Positions 1-13,695 of a DNA stretch of 64,000 bases are shown here, in pieces. This DNA comes from the human T2T-CHM13v2.0 reference genome, Homo sapiens. The translations under genes and the position numbers were made by a program. The notes beneath the pieces are model-generated. The model made no database searches. It was not told the origin of the DNA and was given only the letters and a program-made list of their open reading frames with translations. The DNA is taken from NCBI RefSeq assembly GCF_009914755.1, contig NC_060929.1. One strand, written 5' to 3'. Numbering within the stretch: the first letter of the stretch is position 1; the number at the start of each line of letters is the position of its first letter.

Positions 1-59
<59 letters not shown>
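1..59. repeat. (TG)n microsatellite, truncated by window start
   Basis: Pure TG dinucleotide run. Confidence 0.99.
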
Positions 60-61
<2 letters not shown>

Positions 62-62
<1 letters not shown>

Positions 63-135
63 GAGAGAAATCAGAAAAGAAAGAGTCTTAGGTTTTTGGC
101 TGGAGCAACTGGGTGGATTATGGCGGACCCTTTTC
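62..135 (-). mobile_element. L2 LINE fragment
   Basis: 'aggtttttggctggagcaactgggtggat' resembles recalled antisense L2 consensus. Confidence 0.55.
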
Positions 136-214
136 CTAGGATTGCTTTAGGGCCACCTTGGTGAGGACTCCCTAGATCTTATGCTTGAATCTCAGTTTCC
201 CCACTTGTCAACTG

Positions 215-345
215 AGTGGCTCTGAAAAGTTACATCACACCTCTGAGCCTTGGTTTTCTTATCTGTGAAAATGGCATATTACCTTTGAGGTAGGGCCGAG
301 GCAGGGATGACACGAGATGGCCACTGGGAAGCACTCAGTGTGGAA
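215..345 (+). mobile_element. MIR SINE fragment
   Basis: Degenerate MIR core 'ctctgagccttggttttcttatctgtgaaaatgg'. Confidence 0.65.
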
Positions 346-848
346 TGAAATCCTGATGAAGGTTCCATGCCTGTCAGATTCCTTTCCTTCCTTCCTCTTG
401 CTGTCTTCTCTAGACTCATACCTGTCTTTGCCTGTTTTAACTCAGAGTTTGCTTGTTGCCTCACATTGGGTGTGAGAAGCATGTAACATTTCATCCACAC
501 TTCAAGGCAGCTGTTGTCACTCTACTCTCTCCTTCTGTTCGCAGGTCAAATGCATTCTTTCCCCAGTCCTTCCGTCCCCCCAGGCCGTGCCACAGATATC
601 CCCCACATGGATTCTTTTCCTCTTTAGGTGTAAGTTCCTGGTAAAAGCAGAGATGAAGTGTTTGGCTAAGCAAAATGCTGAGAGTAGCTGGCACAGTCTT
701 TCCTTAGATGACCTCTGAAATTCTTTCCAACTTCAGTATGTTAAGCTCCAGCTTGTCCTTGAAGAGCCCAAAGGCAATAATGGGACAAAGACCAGTCCCC
801 CATGCCTTGTTTCCATTGACAGCCATGAATATAACTACAGTTTTCTAA

Positions 849-1229
<381 letters not shown>

Positions 1230-1253
1230 TTCACTGAAAAATTTTAAACTGCC

Positions 1254-1457
1254 TTATTGAGATAAAATTTACACGGCTTGTAATTCATCCATTTAAAGGA
1301 CAGAATTCAGTGGTTTTAGTATATACACAGATGTGTGCAACCATCACTGTCGTCAATATTAGACAGTTTTCATTACTTCAAAAAGAAGCCCCATATCCCT
1401 TAGCCACAAACTCCTATACCCTCTTCCTCCTACCTAGCCCTGAGCAACCACTAATCA
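1254..1457 (-). mobile_element. L1MB-type LINE-1 3' end fragment
   Basis: 'ttattgagataaaatttaca...ttcagtggttttagtatatacacagatgtgtgcaaccatcac' typical of old L1M 3' termini in antisense. Confidence 0.8.
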
Positions 1458-3129
1458 GGACTCACACCATGCCTACCTCACTGTTAGGAAGAATTGTTCT
1501 TAATTGACAAGGAAGACGTCTTAAATATTAGCTAATTTCAATCCTGAAATGGGATATGCTTAACACTTTGTATATAAATTCTGGACATTTATAATGCAAT
1601 TCAACAATGTCAAGGGGGAAAAGTTGGATTCCTTGCTAATGGAGCTCTCATGAAAAATACGGGTAACTAGAAAACCATAATTATGAAATCATCTCATTCT
1701 CGTGTTGTTTGGAACACTAAATTACACATTTCTTAAGAAGCTGGCATCTCTCTCTCTCTCCACCTACCTATCTACCTACCCATCTAAATATTTTCAGAGT
1801 TTGTTCTGAAGTTTGAAAAATTATATCCAGAGAGGTGCAGCGTCTTGTTCAAGGTCACACAACTACTTTGCAGCGTTGTTGGACCACCCAGTAAGTTCTC
1901 TTGCCTCTTGGTTCACTGCCTTCTCCTGCTTCACACTCTACTGAAGTCACATCACTAAGGGCATCTGACTCATGAAACTCAACTATATTGCTCAGCAAGA
2001 AGATAAACATTCTTTGTTGACCCCATTATCTTTCCAGTTCAAACTAGATTGTGGCCTCTACCACTCCAGGAAAGGCCAGATCCCAAAAGAAAACAGACTT
2101 TTAAAAAGTAAGTTCCTGTTTGGCTTCTGAATTTTGAAGAGACCAGTTTCTAGAGATTTAAGGGTGACTGAAGGGGTTTTCAAGGGTACATTTGACTGCA
2201 CAGATTTTCATATCACTGTGGCTTTAGATCCAAAGGCCTGCATTTAATAGACTACTGTATTCCTTCCAAAAGTTCTAAGATCCGTAGAACTTTTCCTCTT
2301 AGAAGAGGCTTTTGGGCTCTGGAATCATCTTGAGAGAAGAGGAGGGGTGGCCCTTTAAAGACACCAGTTCAGAATGTGGTCACTTCTCTCTTTAGGGAGG
2401 GGCTGTCACCCACCAACTCTGCCCCAGGTCCTCTGCCGAAAAGGCTCTCAGCCATGCCAACCTCTCCTCCAAAATACCCTGACTGTCTAACTCCCATGCA
2501 TCTGATCCCAACTGCTGCAGGGGGTTCAGGAAATCCCCAGAGGAGGTGGCCCTGGCCTTCCACATATTAGCACACCCCGGAGAATGGGGAAAGGACTGCA
2601 AGTGGTCCTTCTAGAAACCCTGTTCATTTGCTGGACTTCCTCCCTAAGCTCAGGGGCTGGTCTATCACCATTCTCGCTCCCAAGATCGACCACACATAAC
2701 CACAGCATCCTCAGACTGGTGCTCCAGGCAGGTAGAAAAGTTACCACAAGGGGCACACAGACCCCCCTACTGAGCAAAAATGCAGCTGAATGTAGAAAGG
2801 GACTTCCTGGACATGGTGCCTTCCTATACCTGGCAGATGATGTCCCCAGCCAGTCCCTCCACAGCCTACACAGGTGGAGGTGGAGGAGCAAGTAAAGTGG
2901 AGGCAAGACTCACCTCACCTGCCCAGGAAGCCCTGCAGCCACCGGGCTCTCCAGAGCATGTGGTAGGGCAAGGACTGGGGCTTTTCCTAGTGAACTCTGC
3001 TTCTGAAATCCTACTTCTGCTGAAATCCATCAGTGCATACATCATCAGGGCCAGTCTCACGTATGCTGTCCTGTTCTGGACCATGTCAGTCCAGCCAGGA
3101 AATCCAACCCCTTTTCCTTCATTTGTGAA

Positions 3130-3270
3130 CATACAGACACCCCCCCACACACACAGACATCCACATAGACACCCCTACACAGAGACATCTGCACAGACAC
3201 AGCCACACATGGGCACGTATCTATATACCTACACAGACACCCACACTGACACACAGGCACACACCCACAG
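3130..3270. repeat. Degenerate CA-rich low-complexity tract
   Basis: Interrupted acacag/acac units. Confidence 0.8.
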
Positions 3271-3769
3271 GATGCAGGCTCACGTGAAGGTTGTATAGAA
3301 GGAAGGAGATTTAAAAATAAATTTTAAGCATCTTTGTTCTAAAAAAATTCAGCCACTTTTTTCTGTAGGATTCTGTTTCTTACATTCTTCCCTGGATTTT
3401 CCCCTTTGCTTCCCTCCCCAGAAGTCCTCTAGAAACCTGTTCCTCACTCCACCTCCTTCCGTTTCATTAGGCAGAACAATTTAACTGTGCCCAATCCCTA
3501 CCTCCAAATGGAGTTACTACTTTTGCCATGCATCCAGAGCTACGGGTGGGCGTCCTGATCTCACTCCCACCCATCTCCTGCAAGAGGAAGGGAGCAGTAC
3601 AGAGATTAACTTCTACGATCAACTCTATCCCTGTAAAAGCCAAAGCAGGGAGTGTCGATTTTAAACAACACTAAATCTCTCTCCATAAACCACCAACTTC
3701 ACCCTTACCCTGGCCCAGTAGCTCCATGACCTCTGAGAGTAATGCAGGCACCGCTGGATACCAGGAGCC

Positions 3770-3915
3770 AGCTGTGATTCTCAGTGCTTTCATTCATGAT
3801 CTCACTCAGCCCTCAAGCACTCTTATGAGGTAGGTGCTGTCATTACCTACTTTTATAGGGAGGGAAACTGAGGCTCAGAGAGACTATGTAACTTGCCCAA
3901 GGTTGTTCCACTTGG
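3770..3915 (-). mobile_element. MIR SINE
   Basis: 'gaaactgaggctcagagagactatgtaacttgcccaagg' antisense MIR core. Confidence 0.8.
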
Positions 3916-5042
3916 GAGCTCCCTGAGTCCACTTTCTTGACTCTTCTGATACACTCTTTTGCAAACTACAGGTCACTGATTCAATCGTTCTCAATGTGGC
4001 TGCAGAGCCAAACTTCCTGGGAGACTGAGTACCCACAATTTTCAGGTGGGTGTGTAAGAGCTAATGGGGCCACAGATGCTATGCATACCACTGCCTAGTT
4101 GTTGCTAGAGAGCCTTTTCAACCTCAGAGAACATAGCATTCCATGCTAACCATCATTTAAAATTCCTGCAATAAATGAAAAAAATAAACACAGAGCTGAG
4201 AGTATAATTCAACTAGCCTCGCTCCCAAATGAAGCTGATTCCAGATAGAAAGCAGATTTTCATATTTACTGTATGTGACAGCTGCAGGAATTAAATGAAT
4301 CATCTGTCTATCTCTATTGCCTTGTTCCTCCTGTGCTGTGTGCATCTATCCCTGGGGTTGTCTGTCTTCCCATTCCAGGAAGACAGATCAGTGTAGTTTC
4401 AATTATTAATTCCATGTTTGGATCACAGTAACACCAGTTCCAGTTCAGTGACCTGCAGTTCCTATTGATTTAAGTGATGAATTATCTACACTGCAATGTA
4501 TTATTAACTTTATTTTGTCTCTTATTCCTTCTGCATTCATGCATCAAAATAATAAAGCACCATTCACAGGCTAAAAGGACCCGTTTCCCTTCTCACATTT
4601 CCCATAAGGGCGAAGCCAACACACACCAGGGAGGTAATTACACAGAGCTGGGGTGGGGGCTGGACATTTATTTTACCTCTGAATTATTTATCTCAGCTGT
4701 GAATTTGGGGGAGGGGTTGGGGGAGGTCCTCAGTGGGGAACAAAGGGGCCCAGGAGGGAAGTTAATGAAGACAAGTGACGATTAGAACCTGGGAGATTCA
4801 TAAGAAATGAAATAACCTCAACCCAAAAGTTTAACTTCTGGGAGTCAATCTGCCCATTCTGATAATGATGGGGGGATGGGTGTAGGAGTGGTAACGACAG
4901 TGGCACAGTGTGAAGGGAAGGAGGCAAGAGAAGAGAGCACCATCAGTTTCTCCTGCCATCTCTTTTGGATTGCTCTGCCTGCCCCATCGCAAGACCTACT
5001 CAGCAAGGTCAGACTCCAGTGAGACATGGATTTGTGGATGTT

Positions 5043-5495
5043 TGGCAGAAATGTGCTGGCCTTATGGCTAACCTACCATTGTCTTCATCTTCTTTGGGTA
5101 AAAGCACATCCTCCTATTACCTTTTGAGGAACTTCCTTTCCCTGGGTACAATCTGGTAGGACTATCAATCCAGATGCCCTACCTTGCTCTGACCAAATGC
5201 ATGACCCAAGCTGGGTCAGTGAGGTTCTCCCTCCATGACATTTGAATTACAGACAAAGGGCACAAAAGACCGAGGGTAAGTGGCATCTGTTCACTAGCGC
5301 TGATGCCTGGGTCTGACTGTTGAGCAATTGCTGCTCTCAATACCTTCTGAAGATGATCTGCAAGCCTTGTTTTTCAACCTTCCCTTTGATTCTAGATGCC
5401 CCACCCCATAGTCTTTCAATAAATGCTTTTTTTTTTAAGTTAACTAAATTTGAGTGTGTTTTGTTGCTTTCAACTTAGAGAACTCTGGCTAAGCA
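5043..5495 (+). mobile_element. Ancient ERVL/MaLR-class solo LTR (MLT1/LTR16/LTR33-like; family not resolved)
   Basis: 3' end 'aataaatgcttt...ttgttgctttcaacttagagaactctggctaagca' and 'catgacccaagctgggtcagtgag' match recalled motifs of this class. Confidence 0.55.
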
Positions 5496-8064
5496 GCCAA
5501 AAGACATGGCTGTATCTAAAGTGTCCCTGAGCCCTCAGAGATGGAAAAGGTGAAGAGGGAGGGGCTACAGATCTTGTCTACACCTCTTCTGCCAATCAAG
5601 CAACAATTACATCAATAGGGAGATGGGCAGGAGGTGAAGTGAAGGCATTCCTCTGTCCTCTCGCTCCCATTTCTAGTTAGAACTGAATCCAACCTCCCAG
5701 CCTGCAGGACTCCTGTTGGGGCAACTCCCAAAGTCAAGGAGTCTGAAGAGACACCTCATCTGACAATCCCACACAGAGGGAAGACTTCTGGAGGGGTTGC
5801 CTAGGGTCAGGCACCCCAGGCATCCCGCCTATGAGCCAAACCCAAGAGGAAGGAAAGACACCCAGGACCTCCCAGTTTGAAAGTGAAGATAAAGCTGCTA
5901 AGTGCGTAGAAGTTTCCATGTGCAGACAATTGGAGGATTACCTAAGGTCTCATTTCTAGTGCTATTACACTCAGAAATTGCCTCACCTATGACTGCTCCC
6001 ATTTTGTGACTCACAGCTCTCTACGCTGCACTGGTATGAAACAGATGTTGTGAATGTTTTATTGTAGTTTCCAATTGCCACCCTTCATTCATCTGATTCA
6101 GACCTAAGAGCCTTGGGCTTTCCTTTCTTTTCTTTCTCCTCCTCCACCCTTTGATTTTAAGGGCCTAGAGGTGAACATCTAACAGGCAGAACCTGATTCT
6201 ACCTGTCAACTCAGCCCCTTATAGCAATGGAGAATAGCCCAGCAATGCCTGAGAAATGAGTTCTTTTTCTTTCCAGAACTTCACCACATAAGGAGAGAAG
6301 GATCAGAAAACCATGTGATTAGATTATATGGAAGAAGGTCAAAGATTAAAAATCCACTGCCTCTCATTATTAGAGGAGGGATGACAGATTCAGACCAGAG
6401 CACAAAAGAAAATACATTATTTCAAAACAGGATATGAAACCCAGTCCCAGGTGATTAGTCTCTGTTAAGTAAATTTACTATCTAATCTTTTAACTGTCTT
6501 CCGAAATTGCTGGTCCAACATTCTCTCCCTCCTCCATTGGAAGCTTAACCCTGGGAGGGTGCTGTCATCCACCTTAATGGAATGGGGAGCTCATTTCAGG
6601 GGGGTGTAGGTGGGGGTGGGGTGGCTGGGGTGGAAGGGTCTGTAAGTGAAATGCACCCTGTAATAAAAGCAGGATGTGTGCACTGCAGACCAGCCTGACT
6701 GGAGGTAGGATGGGGATGGAGGTTGGGGCAATTGTCCTTCCTTTGGTTTCAGAGCTAGGCCCATAAATGAGGAGACTATCCTTCAACCTCACTCCAGGCT
6801 CATCCTGGGAAAACTGGACTCTCCTCTTTCCGCACAGCCCCAAGGGGCCCACATGTCAAAGAATCTCATGCTTCGGGGTTGCTCTCAAACCAGATCAACC
6901 TTCAAAGCTTTGATTTTAAACGAATGCTGCTCTGCAGGCTAAATATCACAGGCCTGTGTTGGGGCCCGAAGAGGACAAGATGTGCACTTGGAGGCCAGAC
7001 AGGCTTGCAACACCATCCAAGCAATGAGAAAACAAGACATAGTGGAAAAGAGGATCTGTTTCTCAGTATCTGTCTTGGCTGGGGTACCACTGTGAACATG
7101 GCATGCAACAATCAGAGAGGCAGAGGATACCAAACCCAAAGGAACTCTTCCCCTGTTTACCAGGAGGAACTCCTTTTTTTCTGTACTTCACTATTTTCTC
7201 GTCTGTTTAGTCTAAAAGGCTGAACTATTACACAAAGAAAGTTCTCTCCAAGAATGAGTTTTCCAGAGAAAGCTCTTCAGACAAGGGCAGTGTTTGAACC
7301 ACTCTCCACAGCCTGGAGAATGGGGTGTGTGTTTAACAGAAGGGGGCTGGGGCCAAACAGGACTCCCTGAAGGATTCCCAAGGTGCTCTGTTTGTGTGAT
7401 TTATCCCTTCTGGAAAATCCAAACATACAAATGTGCCTGCTGCAAAAGTCAGGGCAGTCTCCAGGACTCAGGTTCCCACACAAAGCTAACCACATATAGC
7501 TTGCCTGCCCTGAAGGTTTTCTCTATTTTAACCTTCGTAGGTTTTCAACCAAAACAGATGAAAGGGAGGTGCATGTAGTTTTGCTGGGGATCAGCAGACC
7601 TCATTTCTCTCTCTCTTCTTAGCTCCTAGGCTCACTTCACAAAAAACCCTCGGAGAACAGGAACTGGGCAAAAAGGGGCTTCCCTCAGCTCCTGGGATTT
7701 CAGAACCAGACATTGTCATCCTGTTCACCAAGCAGCAAAAACACACAACTCCGAGGCCCCACACTTTAGAGCAGGGGACACAGCCCTCAAAAGACTCCAA
7801 TCCCAAACCCTTTTTATCTAGTAACCATTTGTTTGTGGAAATTTTGTTCACATTATAAGAGAGCTAGACCAGTTCTACATGCCTTTGAAATTCCAGCCCC
7901 CACGCCCTCTCCTCCCTGGCTAAAATGTTCTATGGAGTGGTGCCCGGGTTCTGAGATGCGTGTAAAAGTTGATGGAGAAGGCAGACTGAATTAAAAATGC
8001 ATCCTTGCTTGTACACCATTCCAAAATGACCAAGGGGAAGGCTGCTTCCCACAGAAGGCTCAAA

Positions 8065-8255
8065 ATGCATGATTTTATCTGAGTCCCAAAACCGTCCTAC
8101 GAAGTAAATGCTTTTACTTTCATCCTTTTGCTATACAAGGAAATTGAGGCTCAGAGAATATCAGTTTTTGGCAAAGGTCACCCAGCTTGGTAAGTGGCAG
8201 AGCAAAGATTAGGATCAAGGCCTGTCTTTCTCCACACTTCAAGCTCTTTCCACCT
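8065..8255 (-). mobile_element. MIR SINE
   Basis: 'aaggaaattgaggctcagaga...aaggtcacccagcttggtaagtggcagagc'. Confidence 0.8.
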
Positions 8256-8369
8256 CCCACATGATATTTCAACTTGGGCAATATGGCAAGGCTTCAGGAA
8301 GGCCCCAGAATATTGCATGCCCTTTGATCCAGGGCTACAAGGCTAAGAACTTAACCCAAGAAATACTTA

Positions 8370-8775
8370 TGAAGGCAGACAAAGATAGATTTACAACGGT
8401 ATCAGCAGTAACACTATTGATAACAGCAGAAGTTTGGGAGAAAAGTAATTATATGGTACTGATTGAATTTAGCATTATATCCATACAATAGAATACCATG
8501 CAAGTATTCAGTCATTAAAGACACTAGGGTAGAAGAATATTTAGTGATGTGGGAAAATGTTTACGATGTAAAGTGAAAAAAATTTGAATATGTAACCAAA
8601 TGTCCATCAAAAGCAATGGTTACCATCATTTTGGTAAATCTATACAATGAAATACCATGAAGCTATGGAAAAGAATGATTTAGTTCTATACAAGTACTGA
8701 CTTAGATGAATTTCTTCTTTTTGCTAATTTATATTTTTCCCAAAAAGATATTTTTTTAAATAAGAATAAAAGCAT
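8370..8775 (+). mobile_element. Old L1M (L1ME-type) 3' fragments
   Basis: 'atccatacaatagaataccatgca' and a second homologous piece 'atctatacaatgaaataccatgaagc'. Confidence 0.6.
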
Positions 8776-9861
8776 TGAAAATATTCAACATTCACATGCA
8801 AGGCGCTATTTAGAAACTATCTCAATGTATGATTTTGTCATTATGTGCGCAATGCTGATATTAGACACAAGCAAAGTTGCTACAATTTGTGTAGCATGTA
8901 ATTTGGACCACGTGTCAGTTTATTCATTAATATGCATTTGGCTCACTGTGGGGTGCATGCCAATAGGGACTGACTACGCAACAGTTCAGATTTTGGTAAA
9001 TGGGGGTAGGGGAGAAAGAGGGTGGGGATTGGATCTGAATAGACAGGTGAAGATGACAGATTCCCGGGATTGCAATGAGGCTTGGGGGCCTCAAGGACTG
9101 AGGCAGGAGGATCACTCCCTCTTCCTAAGCAGTAGCACCAATGCATGTGGTGGAGGTTCCATGCGCAGACCCTCCCTTATGCCCATCAAAATAAAACAAA
9201 TCCTCACCAGAGGAGCCAAGAGTAGACCTAATCAGCAGACACTGATCCTGCCAACACTCCCTGACTTCCATTATTGTAGATAGAGCTGAATGGGTTATCC
9301 AGGACTCCAAGCACTGCTGCCCCCATCCCTCCTGCCCTTTACTATAATAACCATAAGTCTTAATTTCTTCTTTGATCAATAACTCCATGTCTGAATTCTA
9401 AAATACAGCATCTGCTCTCATATTCCTCTGATAAATGGTTTGAATTAATGTAAAGCACATTATTCTTAGAGTCTTGGCTTATTGTATCAAAGACATCTGG
9501 TTTCCCAAGAAACTTCTAGGAGCCTGGATGTTTAAGGGCACTGAAGGCTAAGAATGGAGTCCCATTAACTCTTAGGTGATCATTGCCAGTCCATGAACTG
9601 TTGATTACAGGTCCCTGAAGACATAAACACTGAAGTTGAGAGTATCTAAAAATGATGATAGCAATGTGACGTTGCTGCATTTGTGTACATGATATTAACC
9701 ACCTATATATGATATTAACCACCACACTTTCCATGACCCACATGCACAGATTTGTAATTCTTTCCTTTCTTCTAATTATGTGCATTCTGATATTTTTTGA
9801 AATGTAATTTTATGCCTGTGTAATCTAATAATTAAATATTTGTGCTTCTATTCTGTATATC

Positions 9862-10228
9862 TGCTATGGTTTTTGTCCTGTCCACAACTCATGTTGAAAT
9901 TCCCAGTGTGGCAGTATGGAGAGATGGGGCCTTTGAGAGATGATTCATGGATTAATACATTAACAGGTTATCATAGGAGTGGGACTGGTGGCTTTATAAG
10001 AAGAGGAAGAGAGACTTGAGCTAGCACACTCAGCTCTCTCTCCATGTGATACCCTGTGCCACCTAAGGACCCTTCAGAGAGTCTTGAACAACAAGAAGGT
10101 TCTCACCAGATGCACCCCCTTGACCTTGGACTTCCCAGCCTCCAGAACTGAAGGAAATACATTTAATGTCTTACAAATTAACCAACTCCAGGTATTTTGT
10201 TATAAGCAATAGAAAACAGACTAAAACA
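9862..10228 (+). mobile_element. MaLR solo LTR (MSTC/MSTD-like)
   Basis: TG...CA termini, MST motifs ('ccttgaccttggacttcccagcctccagaactg'), perfect 5-bp TSD atatc (9857-9861 / 10229-10233). Confidence 0.9.
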
Positions 10229-11199
10229 ATATCTTTATTTCATTTTTCTAGTAAGTTATTTTTATAGTATTTTACAAATGTATTAGTCTATAGGTTGCAG
10301 TCTTTTAAGAAAAAAATCCATCTCCACACATAATTGGAGAAGCACTAAGTAGGTTTGGGCCTGTGACTCATGGGCTTAGTCCTCACAAAGTTTTTATTAA
10401 TTAAGACAATCAAGAGTGGACTAGAGCTGACATTTGGGGTACAGCCTTGTCTCTGAACTAAAACTCTAGCTGAGTGGTGCTTCGAAGGATCATCAGGGCC
10501 TTGTAAGAATCTCTTTGGACTAAACTGATGGAGGGTTAATGGATTGAGATATTTCTGGAGTGTAATCTTGTTATTTTATGCCGAGGGACTCCTGTTGTAC
10601 TGGCTCTGAGACCTTATTTCAAACACAATCATTATCCCCATGGTCCCTTGTTGCCTTGTAATTTCACTGAAACATTTTTAGTTTCTTTTGAGAAAGAATA
10701 ATCATGTATTTTCCCATGTTATTGAAGTCATGGAATAGTTAAAACTGAAAGGCAAGAAGGGGTCATACTGCTGACCTGAAGACCTGGATGAATTGATGCT
10801 CCTGTCTCAAGCCACATTGCCATTCTCATTCAAGATGGATTTGAATGTCAAAAGGCTAAGTCAGATTTCCTGATATCTACTGGCTCCAGAAAACTTAGGG
10901 ATCAAAACATCACTTTCTATACAATAAAATGCATCTCACTTTGTAGAGATCTCACAAGCTTTATCCCCCAGGTAAACTCCCCAAGATCACCTAAAGCCAG
11001 GGATTTCCCTGTCTGGTGCCAATTTATCTTTTCACATAAATCAGTAGCAAGTTAGTGCTACAGTTTTCTTCACCTAAGCCCTGCAATCCGTTCCCCTAGG
11101 ATGGGAGAAAATATCTTCTTCATCAGAAATATCACAAATCCTCAGTGGGACTTTGATGTCTGGTTTCTCCGCAGCTAAGATTCTTTTGGGGTGGTAGCA

Positions 11200-11410
11200 C
11201 ACAGTGGTGGAGAAGGGCAGAGGCTGATGTCCATTCTTTGCTCTGTTCTAAGCTGTGAGCCCCGAGCAAAATCACATAAGTGGCTCTGTGCCTCAATTTC
11301 CTCATGTGCAAAATGGGGGAGCCTAACTCCTGCTATTATGGTAAATAAAAATTAAATTATAAAGCATTTAGAACAGTGCTTGGTGCACAGTAAACATTAG
11401 CTGTTATAAT
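11200..11410 (+). mobile_element. MIR SINE
   Basis: 'ctctgtgcctcaatttcctcatgtgcaaaatgggg...aaagcatttagaacagtgcttggtgcacagtaa'. Confidence 0.8.
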
Positions 11411-11594
11411 TATGTACTTATTTAAAACAGTATAATCTATTTCCAAAAGGTTTTTGGAGGTATGATACGAGCAGAGAAATCACAGCAAATTCTTCCTTTC
11501 TCAAAAGAACCAAACTCCCCAAATTTGAGTCTTAGGTTAAAATGACATTAAGACATCATTACTATCTTAAAAGGAGGCTAGAAAAGAAAAGAGA

Positions 11595-11826
<232 letters not shown>

Positions 11827-12487
11827 TTACTTGATTTTGAAACTGAGTACCATAAAATTAAAAATAATGATAGAACTTTAGAAATTTTCAAAGGAGGAAG
11901 GAAAAGCAAATCTCAAGTAAATTAAAGTGCTGGTGAGCACGGGTAGGGGCAAGAACTCAATGTGGGGACTGGCTGGGCCCGTCGGTGCCTGATGCAGAGC
12001 TCCTCAAATTGCATCGCCCTCTTTAACAAGAGAACTGGTTATTCAATCTGCATTTCCTAAATGAGAACCAGCTACCCCATCTGAATTGCCCAAATTCAAT
12101 TAAGTCACCTGGCATGCTTCCTGTCAATACCCTCTCTTTTGGCTCACTTTGTCTTTTAACCATTATCGCCTCTGATCATTGTGAAGTTAAGGGCCTCCAA
12201 GCTGTCTGTATAAGACCAACAACAGGGGAAAGCTTTTTCCAGCCCCATTGAAATATCAAGGTGAGGCTGCATGGGGCCTAATGACCTCTTGCTGTGAAAA
12301 TGTCAGGGTAACTCTGAAAACCACTTGTGCCCTACTTTTCCAAGGAGAAGGGCCCCTTTTACACTGTTTTCTATGCTTTAATGGGCTACTTTCAGAATTT
12401 AGAGGCAAACAAATGTAATATAAGGCTGATTATCAGTTAAGTGTTAAACTGTGAGTTACAGGAAAAATGGATACATCACAGAAAAAC

Positions 12488-12650
12488 ATCCCAAACTTTA
12501 GTGGCCTTATCAACCCAGGCTGCTTGTTAAACACCAGATTGCTGCTCTCTGCACCTCCCATTCTGAATCAGGAGGTCTAAAGTAAGACCTCTATTTCTGC
12601 ACTTTCAAGCATCCAGGTGATTATAATAATAAACTTTGAGAAGTAATGAT
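12488..12650 (-). mobile_element. MER5-type hAT-Charlie DNA transposon
   Basis: 'cttgttaaacaccagattgctg...ttctgaatcagga...ccaggtgatt...actttgagaag'. Confidence 0.65.
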
Positions 12651-13172
12651 CCAGAAATATCACACATAGGAGAGAAATGCTAAGAGGAAAGCAACAAGAA
12701 ACCGGTAAGGGAGTCATCTAAAATTTTCAGGCCATTTCTTAGAATGACAATTACTTGACCCCCAACTGTGTTCTCTACTAGACATGAATTCTCTAAGATC
12801 AGGGATGTTCAGAGTTCCTTCCGTGGCCACCCTGGGCTTTGCACCTTGCAGGAAGAGTTCAATTCCTGGGTGGGGAATTAAACTGAACCTAAAGATCGCT
12901 TGAACTTTTTCCACAACTAGCCCAGGAGTCAGGACCTAGTTCCTTGTACCATCTGAACTGAGCCACGAATATGCCATCTTGGCTTCCAAGGTTATCCTGC
13001 CCATTTTTCTGGACTTCCTAAGATCTTGGATCGTCATATGAGATTGGGCTTCAGCAATCTCTGAACTGCCGTGGAGCAAACCAGATGCAAAGGCTTTGCT
13101 TCCGGCAAGGGGAGTCTGTGTCCTGGTGATGACAAACCAAGGAGAAAAGCAATCATGGTGCATGGGAACAAC

Positions 13173-13695
13173 TGAGTGGTTGACTGCTTGCCTTCCCAGC
13201 ACTTCTTTCCCTGTGTTTTACTGCAACAGCCCTCATTTTTATTTGCAGGTCCACTCCTCCCTAATTTCAGTTCCTATGCATGGTGGGCGCAGCATGTGGT
13301 CTGGGCTAAGGCAATTAGCATTTCTCATTCTCTGTCCCGTGACCATGCTGTAGCCAATGGGAGCAGATGTGCTCACAGGAATGCAGGGACAAAGACTCAC
13401 CTTGAACCGGGAGGCTGTGAGGTTTGCAGCTGTGGTGGCCGTCTTGCTACAGTGAGGAGAGGGCTCCTCTCTGCAAATGGAGCCAATGCAGAAAAAACAA
13501 GAGAAGGAAAGGAGGGATGATGGCGGGGGGTAGGAAGAGAGATACAGAGACAGAGTATGGTGGTTGTATTTGAACCCCTGGTTAAATCATGCCTGGGAGT
13601 GCCGCACTCCCAAGCTTTTCAGACCCATAAGTCAATCATCTCTTTTTAAACTTGGGTTTGCTTTCCCTAAAACCTTGTGACTGAAAGGCACTTCA
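13173..13695 (+). mobile_element. MLT1K/L-like MaLR LTR
   Basis: 'gcagctgtggtggccgtcttgctacagtgagg', 'aatggagccaatgcaga', 'tttgaacccctggttaaatcatgcctg'. Confidence 0.65.

Noticed and set aside
2780-3298. 172-aa ORF with a His/Thr-rich tail
   Set aside because: The tail is simply the CA-rich low-complexity tract; no recognisable protein.
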